DNA of 64,000 bases from Candidatus Bathyarchaeota archaeon. GTDB lineage: Archaea > Thermoproteota > Bathyarchaeia > Bathyarchaeales > Bathycorpusculaceae. Of this stretch, positions 31,416-42,003 are shown in pieces. Where the stretch lies: positions 32,001 to 96,000 of the forward strand of contig CAVYES010000008.1 in the NCBI GenBank assembly GCA_963767735.1, read 5' to 3'. Position 1 is the stretch's first letter. Each line of letters opens with the position of its first letter. The notes under the pieces were generated by a model. The model had not been told where the DNA came from. It saw only the letters and a program-made list of their open reading frames with translations, and did no database searches. The translations under genes and the position numbers were made by a program.

Positions 31416-32807
31416 TTAGTGGGTTGGAGCGTAGACTGTGTAGTAATAGACGTATTCGCTTAGGAATGCTAAGAAGCTGCCGCCGTTGATTGTGCCTTGG
31501 GCTGTAATGTCTGCGTATGGGTTGTAAATGTGGTTCGCGTAGTATGCGATGTATGCATCAGTGAAGTAGAAGAAGTCGTTTGCATCAACAACCAATCTTG
31601 GGACAGTCTGAGTCTGGCCTGCGAGTGGTGTATAGCCTCCAAGAGCTGAGTTTAGAACTGGTCCGCCTGCCATTGCTGCGCGTGGCATAACCATGTAGTT
31701 GTTGTCTGAGACGAAGTTAGGATTCGGTGAACCAGTGCTGTACGGTGCCGTGGTAATTATGCCTGCATCGAGTTTCATGTATGCGATCCATACTCCTTCT
31801 GCCAGGTTCGGGCCTGTAGTTGGAATAGTATTTGGTGTTACTTCCCAGAGCCATCTGAATGGTGTGTATGTGCCTGCGATAACGTTAGCTTGTGATGGTG
31901 CAAAGTAGCCTGCTACTGCTGGTGATGGAGGACTTGCATTGTATATGCTTAGTGGGATCATGACTGCCTCGTTAGATATGTAGTAGCCTAGTGAAATGAA
32001 TGCGATGGAGTCAGTTGCGCCTGTTATGTCAGTTACAACGTTTGGGTTACCCTCAGCTAATTCGTATGGAGCCATGTATTGACTGCCGGTAACTGCACCT
32101 GCTGAGTTTGTAGCTTCAGCACTGTTGCCAAGTTGTTTGCCAAAGAAGTTGTTGAAGCAATCGTAGGTTCCTGAGGTTGGGTCTCTTACAATTCTGTTGA
32201 TTGGGTCACTATCGTGTGCTGCTGCACCTGCTGGGAGGGTTCCGCCTGCTGCTGTGTATGCAGTGAAGAATTGTCCCCATGTAGTGTAGATCGGGCTTGC
32301 GCCTCCTGCGTCAGTGGATTCGAATAGTTGGCAAACTTGTTTTGCGGTAAGGTCGGTTGGTGCCCATGTCATGTCTGCACTGTAAACTATGGCGACACTG
32401 TCAACGCCGACTGCCCAAATCTGAACGGTGCCTGCGTTGGATTGTCCCCACTCTCCTGTGGTTGGTGGTCTTGACATTTCACCTATGTCTGCTGTTGCAG
32501 TGCCGGTAGTTGGTAGGATTGCTGGGAACGCTGTTCCACTGCCTAATCCAGCTATGTTCATAGTGCTGATCGTGCATTGGGCTAAGGTATTGCCTGTCCC
32601 CAACAAAGATGGGTTTGCGGTAATCAAGTTGTTCCAATAAGTTGGAAACGTCGCTGACGCTTCCTGGGCTATTGGAAGGACGGTGCTTGAACCTGCGATG
32701 TTAATCGTGTTCGGAGTAATCAAAGCTTGTATCGGAAGAGCGGCTATAGAAAAAGCGAGCATTGCCATTACTAACACAGAAAATAATATTTTTTGTACTT
32801 TATTCAA
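31416..32807 (-). CDS. pstS: Phosphate-binding protein PstS with C-terminal dockerin-like domain
   Basis: IAGSSTVLP, GSGT, DIGEMSR, RDPTSGT, PFRWLW; tail DANDFFYFTDAY...ADITAQGTINGGSFLAF. Confidence 0.9.
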   Translation of the reverse strand: MNKVQKILFSVLVMAMLAFSIAALPIQALITPNTINIAGSSTVLPIAQEASATFPTYWNNLITANPSLLGTGNTLAQCTISTMNIAGLGSGTAFPAILPTTGTATADIGEMSRPPTTGEWGQSNAGTVQIWAVGVDSVAIVYSADMTWAPTDLTAKQVCQLFESTDAGGASPIYTTWGQFFTAYTAAGGTLPAGAAAHDSDPINRIVRDPTSGTYDCFNNFFGKQLGNSAEATNSAGAVTGSQYMAPYELAEGNPNVVTDITGATDSIAFISLGYYISNEAVMIPLSIYNASPPSPAVAGYFAPSQANVIAGTYTPFRWLWEVTPNTIPTTGPNLAEGVWIAYMKLDAGIITTAPYSTGSPNPNFVSDNNYMVMPRAAMAGGPVLNSALGGYTPLAGQTQTVPRLVVDANDFFYFTDAYIAYYANHIYNPYADITAQGTINGGSFLAFLSEYVYYYTVYAPTH

Positions 32808-33088
32808 TTTTTATTTCTCCTTTCAATATCTGTGAACGATTTCTCGTTCAAGCATTAATCGAGGTCTAACCCATATCTAGCTTCTCGCTGTAGATTATGA
32901 GGAGAAATTTATTCTATAGATATACCAATAGTTTACAATATCCAAATGAGAAATACCAATTCAACAAGTGAACCTAATTATTACTATTGATAATAAATAG
33001 AAAAGCATTATCTTTACGGTTCTCGCCCATTCACATAGTTGAGAGGGAGCTATCCCGCCTTTTAAGGCAGGCTTTAGGAAGGGAAACT

Positions 33089-33991
33089 TTGCCAAGAAAC
33101 TGGAATTATAGAGTCTTTAAGGATAACTTGTTCAAAATAATCCTGTTTCTATGCGCAGTTTCATCAATCGGCATTGTTCTTTTTATCTTCGGTTACATGT
33201 TATGGCAAGGAGGGCAACAGTTTTCCGATTGGATCTTGAATGGAATCTGGAACCCTTCCTTACCGTCAGTTGTAGCCCCATTTGGGTACGTATTCAATAC
33301 CTTATACTGTTCAATCGTAGGGGCATTGATAGGATTTGGCATAGGACTCCCATGTGCTATCTACTTAGCGGAATTTTCAAATTTTAGACTGAGAAATTTT
33401 GTCAAACCATCTCTCGAAGTGTTAATGGGATTTCCCTCAGTTGTGATAGGATTGCTAATCCTGGTCCTTTTATGCAAAACTTTAATCCAACCCTATACTC
33501 ATACTTCGGGAACGTGCATTCTTGCTGCGTTTATTGCTCTTGGAATAATGTCTTTGCCAATAATCATAAGCGTTTCAGAAGATTCGTTAAGAGCTGTTCC
33601 TCAAGATCTAAGAGAAGCATCTTTCGGGTTAGGAGCCACAAGATGGCAAACAGCAACCAAAGTTACAATCCCGAGCGCTTTTTCAGGAATTTCTACAGCG
33701 TTTCTCTTGGCGCTTCTAGATGTCATGGGAGAAACCATAGCTGTATTTCTAGTTATCGGTCCGATTATCCCTCCTCCAATCACACTTAACCCCTTGGCAG
33801 GATCCGATGTTGTTACCGCTTTAATCGCTAATTTATCAACCCAAAGCGGTGAAACCGGAGGTGTGGGAAGTTTATATTCCCTTGCCCTTGGTTTAGCAGT
33901 CGTACTTTTCATTTTAACGATGATCACTAATCTTGCTGTAAGAGTAATGAGAGGAAACCGAACTAACGTGGGCGCTCCAGGGAAGAGGTGA
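33089..33991 (+). CDS. pstC: Phosphate ABC transporter permease PstC
   Basis: AIYLAEF, GFPSVVIG, SEDSLRAVPQDLREASFGLGATRWQT, GETIAV; start placed at TTG 33089. Confidence 0.92.
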   Translation: MPRNWNYRVFKDNLFKIILFLCAVSSIGIVLFIFGYMLWQGGQQFSDWILNGIWNPSLPSVVAPFGYVFNTLYCSIVGALIGFGIGLPCAIYLAEFSNFRLRNFVKPSLEVLMGFPSVVIGLLILVLLCKTLIQPYTHTSGTCILAAFIALGIMSLPIIISVSEDSLRAVPQDLREASFGLGATRWQTATKVTIPSAFSGISTAFLLALLDVMGETIAVFLVIGPIIPPPITLNPLAGSDVVTALIANLSTQSGETGGVGSLYSLALGLAVVLFILTMITNLAVRVMRGNRTNVGAPGKR

Positions 33992-35391
33992 GTAGGATGA
34001 AACTGAAACTACCATTAGGGGTAATCTACGCTAAGCTAAAAAAGACAAAAAAAGAAAATTTACTGACGTTCGGGCTTCTTTCTGCCGCAGGCATCCTAGT
34101 GTTGATTCCAGGTTTTACGTTTCTTCTCCATACTTTTTCCACTAAGATTCCAGCCAATCAAAATGATGATTGGTTAGTTGCACGGTCGGTGTTGTCCTTA
34201 TTTATGATGCTACCAAGTTTTGTTTTATTCTGTATAGGATACCTCTTACTGGAATCTCACTCAATTGGCTGGAAACTGTCACTTGGAACATGCGGAGCAT
34301 CAATTTTGCTAGCAGCCTTAAGTCATCCAGAGATTGATCTGGCGCTCGCAATAGGATTTCTTAGCGCCGTAGCAGTCGTATTAGAAATTAGAAATAGAAA
34401 AAGCGGAGAAATCGTACCTAAAGATTTGCCAATTGTAATAGAAAACATTGCAGTATTTGGCATGTCCATCTGTGTAACAATTTGCATAGGCATCATAGTT
34501 TTCCTATTTGGATACGTAATCGTAAGGGGAGCTCCATACATAAACATTGATTTCCTCACAAAAATAAATTTCAACTTTGACCAAGAGTCCCTTAAGTTAG
34601 CGGACATTTCGTCAGCTTCTGGGGGGGGAATACTAGGCTACACTTTTGGATCCTTGATTGTAACTGCAGTTTGTGAGGCTATTGCAATTCCGTTAGGTTT
34701 AGGCGCAGCTCTCTATCTATCAGAGTACGCTAAACGAAACAAAATAACAGATACTATTCGCTTCTTCGTCGAGACACTCGCTGGACTTCCTTCCGTTATT
34801 ATAGGATTACTAGTATTCATCGTTCTTGTCCGCGACCTGAATTGGGGATTTACAATTCAAGCGGCTGCAATAGGATTAGCAATTATGATCCTACCGTTCA
34901 ATATCAGGGTAGTAGAAGAAGCTTTGAGGTCTGTTCCAGACGCCTTCAGAGAAGCGGCATTTGCACTTGGAGCCACCAAATGGGAAACGGCAAAAAGCAT
35001 CGTATTTTACGCAGCGTCTCCTGGAATTATCACTGGAATTCTTTTAGGGGCAGGAGCAGCAATCGGGGAAGCCGCAGTGGTTTTTGTAATTTTTGGGCAG
35101 AATCTTCCTCAGGGGACCTCAACGAACCCCACTTTTCCACCTTTAGGCAACCTGTTTGGACGCCAAGCAAGCGGTTTTCCAACCTTGCCAGTTTTAATCT
35201 TCAAAGCAGCAACTTTAGCGCCATTAGCAATCGGCGACGGCAGATCTACTTTACCGGGAGATGTCATTTACCAAAACATATGGAGCTTTGCTTTCGCAAC
35301 AGCCGCCGTACTTATAACAATTTACCTTGCAATCTGTGTCGTAGCATTAATTGCTAGAAATCGTTTAACCAAAAAAATCACAGGAAAATAA
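33988..35391 (+). CDS. pstA: Phosphate ABC transporter permease PstA with extra N-terminal membrane domain
   Basis: AALYLSEY, LAGLPSVIIGL, EEALRSVPDAFREAAFALGATKWET, GEAA. Confidence 0.9.
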   Translation: MSRMKLKLPLGVIYAKLKKTKKENLLTFGLLSAAGILVLIPGFTFLLHTFSTKIPANQNDDWLVARSVLSLFMMLPSFVLFCIGYLLLESHSIGWKLSLGTCGASILLAALSHPEIDLALAIGFLSAVAVVLEIRNRKSGEIVPKDLPIVIENIAVFGMSICVTICIGIIVFLFGYVIVRGAPYINIDFLTKINFNFDQESLKLADISSASGGGILGYTFGSLIVTAVCEAIAIPLGLGAALYLSEYAKRNKITDTIRFFVETLAGLPSVIIGLLVFIVLVRDLNWGFTIQAAAIGLAIMILPFNIRVVEEALRSVPDAFREAAFALGATKWETAKSIVFYAASPGIITGILLGAGAAIGEAAVVFVIFGQNLPQGTSTNPTFPPLGNLFGRQASGFPTLPVLIFKAATLAPLAIGDGRSTLPGDVIYQNIWSFAFATAAVLITIYLAICVVALIARNRLTKKITGK

Positions 35392-35552
35392 GGGAAAAGG
35401 GAGAAATAAACAATGAAAAACCAGAAAACGCGAAATATAAACAAGCAACTTGTTCAGCGTTGCCAGCGCATGCAATCTGCATTATGGCATTTTTCGCAAT
35501 ACTATTTAAATAAGAAAGTTACGGGAAGTTAATCAGAGGAAGGGAAGGAGCA

Positions 35553-37145
35553 ATGAAAGACCACGCGTGCATACAAAGAAGAAAAAGAAAGAGCCAACTG
35601 ATTTATGCATCATTGATTCTGCTTCTATCCCTTTTCCTAATTCAATCAATCCAGGCAACCCAAGTAACAAATGCCCAAAGCACGGCTAAAAACGGTCAGT
35701 GGGCGCTAAGTTTTCAGATCCAAAAAGTTGGGCAAAACACTACAAGCAACACCTTTACACCTTTTGATCAGATTCAACTAAGCGCAAGCGTAACCTATGG
35801 AAACGCAACTCAACCCGACATCTTAGTCACATTCAAGGTGCAAGGGCCATCAAATGCCTCTAACCCTGCAAACATTACGGCAGCTGTCGCAACAAACGCC
35901 ACTGGTCAAGCTGAAACTTCATTTAGGGTTCCAGCAGAAGTCCAAAACCAAGATGCAGTGGGGACATGGCAAGCCACAGCAACAATACAAGCAGACAACA
36001 GTACCCTTCAGCAAAGCTTAAGCTTCACAACACAATGGAACCTTGAAATCACATCAATAAGCACCCAAAACACCCAAGGACAAAAGCAAACAATCTTCTA
36101 CCCAGGCAAAACCGTCACAGTCCAACTGACAATCAGCAACAATGCACAGCCCCAAGAGGCAAATGTCACGCTCAACCTGATAGATTCAACCGGCAAAACA
36201 GTCAACCAAACACAAATCCAAAACACCCAAATAAACGCAAGTTCCAATTCAACTCAAGTAGAAGGAAATATCCAAATTCCAGACAACGCAAACACAGGCG
36301 AAGCAACAATCAGCGCAGCCGTATTTTCAGGAACCTACCTGAACATAAACATACCAGCAGCCGAAAACAAAACCGCCTACTTCACAATAGCCACCAACAC
36401 AACACCCATAACTACTCCTACCCCGACGCCCACTTTGATCGAAAGTTCAGTAAGCCTCTTCTCATGGCTCTTAATAGCAGTAGGACTCTTCACATTCACA
36501 TCTCTTCTTGTGTTCGTCAAAAGAAAACCAACTCCAACAATGGGCACTCAAATGCCGAATCTGCCACCTACAATAACCAGTCCAAACGTTGCATCGCCAC
36601 CGCTTTTCCCGCCAAACTCACAAGAAACAACACAAAAGCCATCACTACAATCCACAGCAACGCCTAAAATGGTTCCAGAAAAAACAATAAACGCAACATT
36701 AATGACGCAAGTGCCCAGCATTTATCAAACGTTAGATATTCCCACATTAGATATGCCCATATCAGAATCAACGACTCCTCAAGACCAAAAACAAAAAATG
36801 GTGGATCACTTAACCAAAATCTCAAGCATCAACCAAAGAGTCCAAACTTTAGAAACGCAGCTTAAAACCGAAAAAGAAGAGCTTAACAAAGCGATAACGG
36901 ATTTAAATAAGACACTTGAAGAGCAAGAAAGAGCTGTAAAGAGCTACTTTGACTCAATAAGACAAGCTATAGCAGCGATAAACACCCAACCCTTCGAAGT
37001 TAGCGAAGAACGCGACACAAAACCAACAGAAGTTAACGATAAACAAAACCCTCCTCAAACAGAAATTAGCAACAAACAAAACAACCAACCAATACAACAA
37101 AGCATTGAAAACCAAAAACCAAAGGAACTACAATCCAAAACCTGA
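35553..37145 (+). CDS. Single-pass membrane protein: extracellular Ig unit like the scaffold C-termini, TM, cytoplasmic Pro-rich and coiled-coil tail
   Basis: FTPFDQIQLSASVTY...TNATGQAETSFRVP resembles YGPQDLLQIY...TNQTGIANVQYRLP; TM LFSWLLIAVGLF; heptads LETQLKTEKEELNKAITDLNKTL. Confidence 0.7.
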   Translation: MKDHACIQRRKRKSQLIYASLILLLSLFLIQSIQATQVTNAQSTAKNGQWALSFQIQKVGQNTTSNTFTPFDQIQLSASVTYGNATQPDILVTFKVQGPSNASNPANITAAVATNATGQAETSFRVPAEVQNQDAVGTWQATATIQADNSTLQQSLSFTTQWNLEITSISTQNTQGQKQTIFYPGKTVTVQLTISNNAQPQEANVTLNLIDSTGKTVNQTQIQNTQINASSNSTQVEGNIQIPDNANTGEATISAAVFSGTYLNINIPAAENKTAYFTIATNTTPITTPTPTPTLIESSVSLFSWLLIAVGLFTFTSLLVFVKRKPTPTMGTQMPNLPPTITSPNVASPPLFPPNSQETTQKPSLQSTATPKMVPEKTINATLMTQVPSIYQTLDIPTLDMPISESTTPQDQKQKMVDHLTKISSINQRVQTLETQLKTEKEELNKAITDLNKTLEEQERAVKSYFDSIRQAIAAINTQPFEVSEERDTKPTEVNDKQNPPQTEISNKQNNQPIQQSIENQKPKELQSKT

Positions 37146-37314
37146 AGACAAGACCGCACGCAGCAAGAAGACATAAAAATAGCAGAGCACACCAAAGAAG
37201 ACTAAGAAAGCATGAATTTTTTTAAGACCTCAAAGCATTTGCTATTTCTACATCTACAAGCCTAGCTGCTGTTGCCTGTCAGTTAAACCGAAGTCGCCGT
37301 TCTTACTATGTTGA

Positions 37315-38682
37315 TTACTGATGAATACTGTTGATTTTTTGCTTAGTTTTCAATCGGTTTCGAGACATAACGAAAAATAATGCAATGATAATTACAGCTG
37401 CAATCACTATTCCAACTATAATGAATAGATTGTCAGAAGAGCTAGTCGAAGAGACCGAGGTAGGCGAAGGAGATGACGTAGACGAAAGAGATGACGTAGG
37501 CGAAGGAGACAATTCAGAAAAAGCGCCTAAAGCATAAACTTTGTGGTTGTATGAGCCTATGTAGACTACTCCATTAACAACAGCGGGAGAAGAATACACC
37601 CAGAGGCCTGTATTGTAATTCCAGAGTTTGGCGCCGTTAGCAGCATTCAAAGCATAAACGTTACCATCACCAGAACCTACGTAAACTACACCGTCAACAA
37701 CTGCAGGAGACGAACCAATATTACCGCCAGTAACATATTTCCAGAGCTGATTCCCGTTGGCAGCATTTAAAGCGTAAACGGTACCGTTATAGGTGGTGCT
37801 AAACAAGTTGGAATTTTCTGAACCTATGTAAACTACCCCATTAACAACGGCAGGTGACGAACCAACATTACCGCCAATGGAGTGCTTCCAGACTTTGGTG
37901 CCGTTAGCAGCATTCAAAGCATAAACATCACCATTATTCGAGCCAACATATACTACACTGCCGACAACTGCTGGAGAAGAATTGACTGCGCTTCCAGTGG
38001 TGTAATTCCAGAGTTTGTCACCGTTAGCAGCGTTCAAAGCATAAACATTACCATCACCAGAACCGACATAGACTACACCTCCAACAACAGCAGGAGACGA
38101 AACTACCCCACCGCTAGTATGATAGTTCCAGAGTTCGGAACCGTTAGATGCGCCCAAAGCGTAAACGTTACCAGTATAGGTGCCGAACAAAGAGGTGGAA
38201 ACTTCTGAACCTATGTAGACTACGCCATTGACAACAGCAGGAGAAGAATCAACAGCGCTACCAACCGTGTAATTCCAAAGTTTTACTCCATTAACAGCGT
38301 TTAAAGCATAAACATCACCGTCATCCGAGCCAACATAAACCACCCCGCCAACAACAGCAGGAGACGAATCAACATAGTCATAATAGCCAGCAGTATAATT
38401 CCAAAGTTTTGCGCCGCTAGCAGCGCTCAAAGCATAAACATCACCGTCATCCGAGCCGACATAAACCACCCCGCCAACAACAGCAGGAGACGAATCAACA
38501 TAGTCACCAGTAGTATAATTCCATATTAGAGTGGGAGTAAGCACCGAATTGCCGGCGGCCACACCACTATGAGATAAATCCGAGTGGAACATTGCCCAAT
38601 CAGCGTTCGCAAACGGAATTAAAACTAAGCTCAAAAGAAAAATCAAGCAAGCTACTGCTACTACCGCATGCAACCTCTTCAT
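37315..38682 (-). CDS. PQQ-binding-like (BamB-type) beta-propeller surface protein with C-terminal TM
   Basis: Repeats SSPAVVxGVVYVGSxDGxVYALNAxxGxKLWNY; WAMFHSD. Confidence 0.9.
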   Translation of the reverse strand: MKRLHAVVAVACLIFLLSLVLIPFANADWAMFHSDLSHSGVAAGNSVLTPTLIWNYTTGDYVDSSPAVVGGVVYVGSDDGDVYALSAASGAKLWNYTAGYYDYVDSSPAVVGGVVYVGSDDGDVYALNAVNGVKLWNYTVGSAVDSSPAVVNGVVYIGSEVSTSLFGTYTGNVYALGASNGSELWNYHTSGGVVSSPAVVGGVVYVGSGDGNVYALNAANGDKLWNYTTGSAVNSSPAVVGSVVYVGSNNGDVYALNAANGTKVWKHSIGGNVGSSPAVVNGVVYIGSENSNLFSTTYNGTVYALNAANGNQLWKYVTGGNIGSSPAVVDGVVYVGSGDGNVYALNAANGAKLWNYNTGLWVYSSPAVVNGVVYIGSYNHKVYALGAFSELSPSPTSSLSSTSSPSPTSVSSTSSSDNLFIIVGIVIAAVIIIALFFVMSRNRLKTKQKINSIHQ

Positions 38683-39267
38683 TGCAAACCACCTTTTTGT
38701 CCCTTATCGTTAAAGAACTATTAAAGGTCTTTTACTATAGGTTCTATAGCTTAGAAACCAAGAAGAAGCAAAAACAAATGTGAAGTTGCTTGTACGTTGA
38801 ATTAGGAAAAAATATTGTTTTGCTAAAATAATTGTTAAAGCCAGTGCCAACGCTCCCTTCCACTTCACAGCCGATTCCTCAAAGAACTAACTATTTGCAG
38901 ACAATCATTACATGAGGTTTGTTGCTATAAAAGATGGCAGGCAAATAAGTCCAGCCAGAACTATTTAGTGTAACTTGCTCCCGCCGGTTATGTATATGCG
39001 TTCCCTAAATAGCATTAAGCTAAAACTATTTTGTATAACATTTCTATATTGAAAAATATAATATATGTTTGTCCATTTAGAGGGTTCTTTGAGAAGGTTA
39101 AGAATAATGGAGTATGAGTTTGCTTTTGGTAAAGCGTTTTCAGCACTTAATTTCAGGAATTGCTTACCTGAAGCCAAAGGGCAAATTCTTACTGATAACT
39201 CTACTATTGTGAACGACGTGTGTTTTCAGTTAATTGTAGGCGTCGGGACACAAAGAGGTAGAGCCAA

Positions 39268-40482
39268 TTGAAGGAAACGTACAAAGTACTGCTAATAGCT
39301 CTCTCATCTAGATTGTTAGTCGCCCTCTTGCTTGTTCTATTCAACTATCTGTTTGGATATCAGACTGGATATCAGATTGGAACAATTGATCTGCCTTTCG
39401 TAAATTTGTTTTTTCGAATGGATTCTCCCCATTACTTGGATATTGCACTCAACGGATATCCTCACGGTTACCCTGACGTTTCAACATGGACGAATGGTGT
39501 ATCAGAAGCAGTTATCCCTGTTCTTGCCTATCCTCAATGGGCGTTCTTTCCGTTATATTCGGCAGTTATGAGAGCTTTCGGGCTTTTGCTCATGCCTTTT
39601 TATTCAGTTTCAAACGCTTTAATTGTAGCCGGTTTCTTGATAAGCAATTTCTGCTTTTTTGTTAGCACATACTTTCTATTTAAATTAACCAACAAATTGT
39701 TCAATTCGACAAAGATAGCGTTAGTAACAGTAGCTTTCTATTCTTTTTGGATAGGCAGTGTTACCCTTTCTGCAGTATACAGCGAATCGTTATTTATGGC
39801 CTTAACATTAGCTTCTTTCTATTATCTAGAGGAAGGTAGATTTTACAAAGCCACATTTTTCGGCTTCTTAGCCACCTTTACAAGAAGTGATGGCTTTATA
39901 ATATTCATACCATTCTTTGTCTACGCAATACAACAGCTGAAAACTCTAAAGACAGAAAAAATGCAGAGCTTAAAGAAATCTTTAAGACTGGTGGGGTTTT
40001 CTGGAATAGTTGCATCTCCTTATCTATTATGGAATATTGAAGGGTACTTCGTGGCAGGAGGTGTTTTTCCAGTGCAAGTTATATCGCGAAATTTGAATTG
40101 GGGAGTATTCCCGAATCTATATCTTCAATTTACTGACGGCACAGTCCGCCTTCCTGTTCAACAAGCTTATCTAATTTTAGGAATTTTGTTCATTTTGATC
40201 CCAACAGTTTATCCGATAGTTAAAACAAGAAGATTGATCACAACAGAAGCGCAAACACTAAAATATTGGGCATTCTATTTTGCAATGCTTTATGTTCTAA
40301 TCACTCAGTCATCAGTATTCAGTGTAATACGTTACGCGATTCCCTTGCTTCCTATATATTGGGTTTCTGCAAAGATTTATGGAAAAAACCGCTTTGCTGG
40401 CGGAATCATTTTTGTAATAATGACAGGACTCATGATTTTAAGCACGTATTTCTTTGAGACAGGAAACTATGTTTACCAGTGA
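39268..40482 (+). CDS. GT-C membrane glycosyltransferase, PIG-V/mannosyltransferase-like
   Basis: RMDSPHYLDIALNGY, WAFFPLY, YSESLFMAL, TRSDG, RY; multiple TMs. Confidence 0.8.
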   Translation: MKETYKVLLIALSSRLLVALLLVLFNYLFGYQTGYQIGTIDLPFVNLFFRMDSPHYLDIALNGYPHGYPDVSTWTNGVSEAVIPVLAYPQWAFFPLYSAVMRAFGLLLMPFYSVSNALIVAGFLISNFCFFVSTYFLFKLTNKLFNSTKIALVTVAFYSFWIGSVTLSAVYSESLFMALTLASFYYLEEGRFYKATFFGFLATFTRSDGFIIFIPFFVYAIQQLKTLKTEKMQSLKKSLRLVGFSGIVASPYLLWNIEGYFVAGGVFPVQVISRNLNWGVFPNLYLQFTDGTVRLPVQQAYLILGILFILIPTVYPIVKTRRLITTEAQTLKYWAFYFAMLYVLITQSSVFSVIRYAIPLLPIYWVSAKIYGKNRFAGGIIFVIMTGLMILSTYFFETGNYVYQ

Positions 40483-40572
40483 GGAATCGAGTTTGAAACG
40501 CTTTGTAATGCCGCTTTCAAAACTATAAATTGCATCGCAGCGCATATTTTTGAACCCATATTTTTCATTTCT

Positions 40573-41940
40573 TTAGCCACTCATAGGGTGGGTTAGTGCG
40601 TAGGTAGTAAAGTAGTACACGTAGTCGCTCATGAATGCCAGGAAGCTTGCGCCGTTGATTGAGCCTTGAGCTGTAACGTCAGCATACGGATTGTAAACGC
40701 CGTTAGCATAGTACGCGATGTATGCATCCATGAAGTAGAAGAAGTCGTTTGCATCAACAGTCAACCTCGGAACAGTCTGAGTCTGACCGGGTAACGGTAA
40801 GTAGGCTGCAAGAGCTGAGTTCAGAACTTGTCCGCCTGCCATCGCTGCACGTGGCATAGCCATGTAGCCGGTGTCTGTGACGAAGTTCGGGTTGCCGCCA
40901 GCTACGCCTGCGTCAGCTTTAAAGTAAGCGATCCAAACACCTTCCGCCAGGTTAGGACCTGTGCTTGGAATAGTGGACGGTGTCACTTCCCAGAGCCATC
41001 TGTATGGCGTGTATGTGCCGCTAATGATGTTAGCTTGTGTTGGACCATAATAGTTTGAGCCGTTCCAGATGCTAATAGGCAACACGTCGGAGGTTTTCTG
41101 TAGATCTTCCCATGCAATGAAGGTTATTGTGTCTGTGGCACCCGTCATATACTCTTCGACTGTCTGTTCATTCTCAGCCACGGTATATGGAGCCATGTAT
41201 TGACTGCCGGTAACGTAGCCTTGAGCATTCGTGGCTTCAGCGTTATTTCCAAGTTGTTTGCCAAAGAAGTTGTTCCAGCAATCGTAGGTTCCTGATGTCG
41301 GATCCTTCACAATCCTGTTGATCGGGTCATTCATGTGTGCTTGAGCTGCCGCTGGGATGTTGCCTGCGCCGTAGTAAGCGGTTAAGAATTGTCCCCAAGT
41401 AGTGTAGATCGGGTTGTTACCTGCGGCGTCAGTGGACTCGAATAGTTGAGCGACCTGCTTAGCGGTAAGGTCAATTGGAGCCCACGTCATGTCTGTACTG
41501 TAAACTATAGCAACGGTGTCAACTCCGACTGCCCAAATCTGGACGTTGCCTGCATTGGATTGGCCCCACTCCATTGTGCTTGGAGGTCTTGACATTTCAC
41601 CAATGTCTGCCGTCGGGTTGCCTGTAGTAGGCAGGATTGCTGGGAAAACTGTTCCACTGCCTTCCCCTTGAATGTTCATGGAGGTGATATCTAATGCGCT
41701 TGCATCTCCCCAGTAAAATGGACTGGTAGCTGCAAAGGCGGCATTATTTGCAGCAACCAACGAGTTCCAATAAGTTGGAAACGTCACGGATGCTTCTAAT
41801 GCTATTGGCAAGACGGTGCTTGAACCAGCGATGTTCAAAGTGTTGGCAGCGACTAAAGCATGTGCCGGAATTGATGCTGAAGAAAATGCCACAATTACAA
41901 GCACCATTATTGAAATTACTACTTTTGGGGTTCTGTTCAA
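40573..41940 (-). CDS. pstS: Second PstS paralogue with C-terminal dockerin-like domain
   Basis: IAGSSTVLP, DIGEMSR, KDPTSGT; tail DANDFFYFMDAY...ADVTAQGSINGASFLAF. Confidence 0.88.
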   Translation of the reverse strand: MNRTPKVVISIMVLVIVAFSSASIPAHALVAANTLNIAGSSTVLPIALEASVTFPTYWNSLVAANNAAFAATSPFYWGDASALDITSMNIQGEGSGTVFPAILPTTGNPTADIGEMSRPPSTMEWGQSNAGNVQIWAVGVDTVAIVYSTDMTWAPIDLTAKQVAQLFESTDAAGNNPIYTTWGQFLTAYYGAGNIPAAAQAHMNDPINRIVKDPTSGTYDCWNNFFGKQLGNNAEATNAQGYVTGSQYMAPYTVAENEQTVEEYMTGATDTITFIAWEDLQKTSDVLPISIWNGSNYYGPTQANIISGTYTPYRWLWEVTPSTIPSTGPNLAEGVWIAYFKADAGVAGGNPNFVTDTGYMAMPRAAMAGGQVLNSALAAYLPLPGQTQTVPRLTVDANDFFYFMDAYIAYYANGVYNPYADVTAQGSINGASFLAFMSDYVYYFTTYALTHPMSG

Positions 41941-42003
41941 TTTTATCGTTCTCCTTTTTGGTTTGTGAAACCTATCTTTGATTGCTTAGGAAGCCAATCA
42001 ATG

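Noticed and set aside
13810-32640. Many short plus-strand ORFs antisense to the surface genes
   Set aside because: Shadow frames of Thr/Ser/Gly-rich coding sequence with no independent motifs
37315-38682. PQQ-dependent dehydrogenase
   Set aside because: Only generic propeller repeats are present, with no catalytic features; near-exact internal DNA repeats reflect blade duplication
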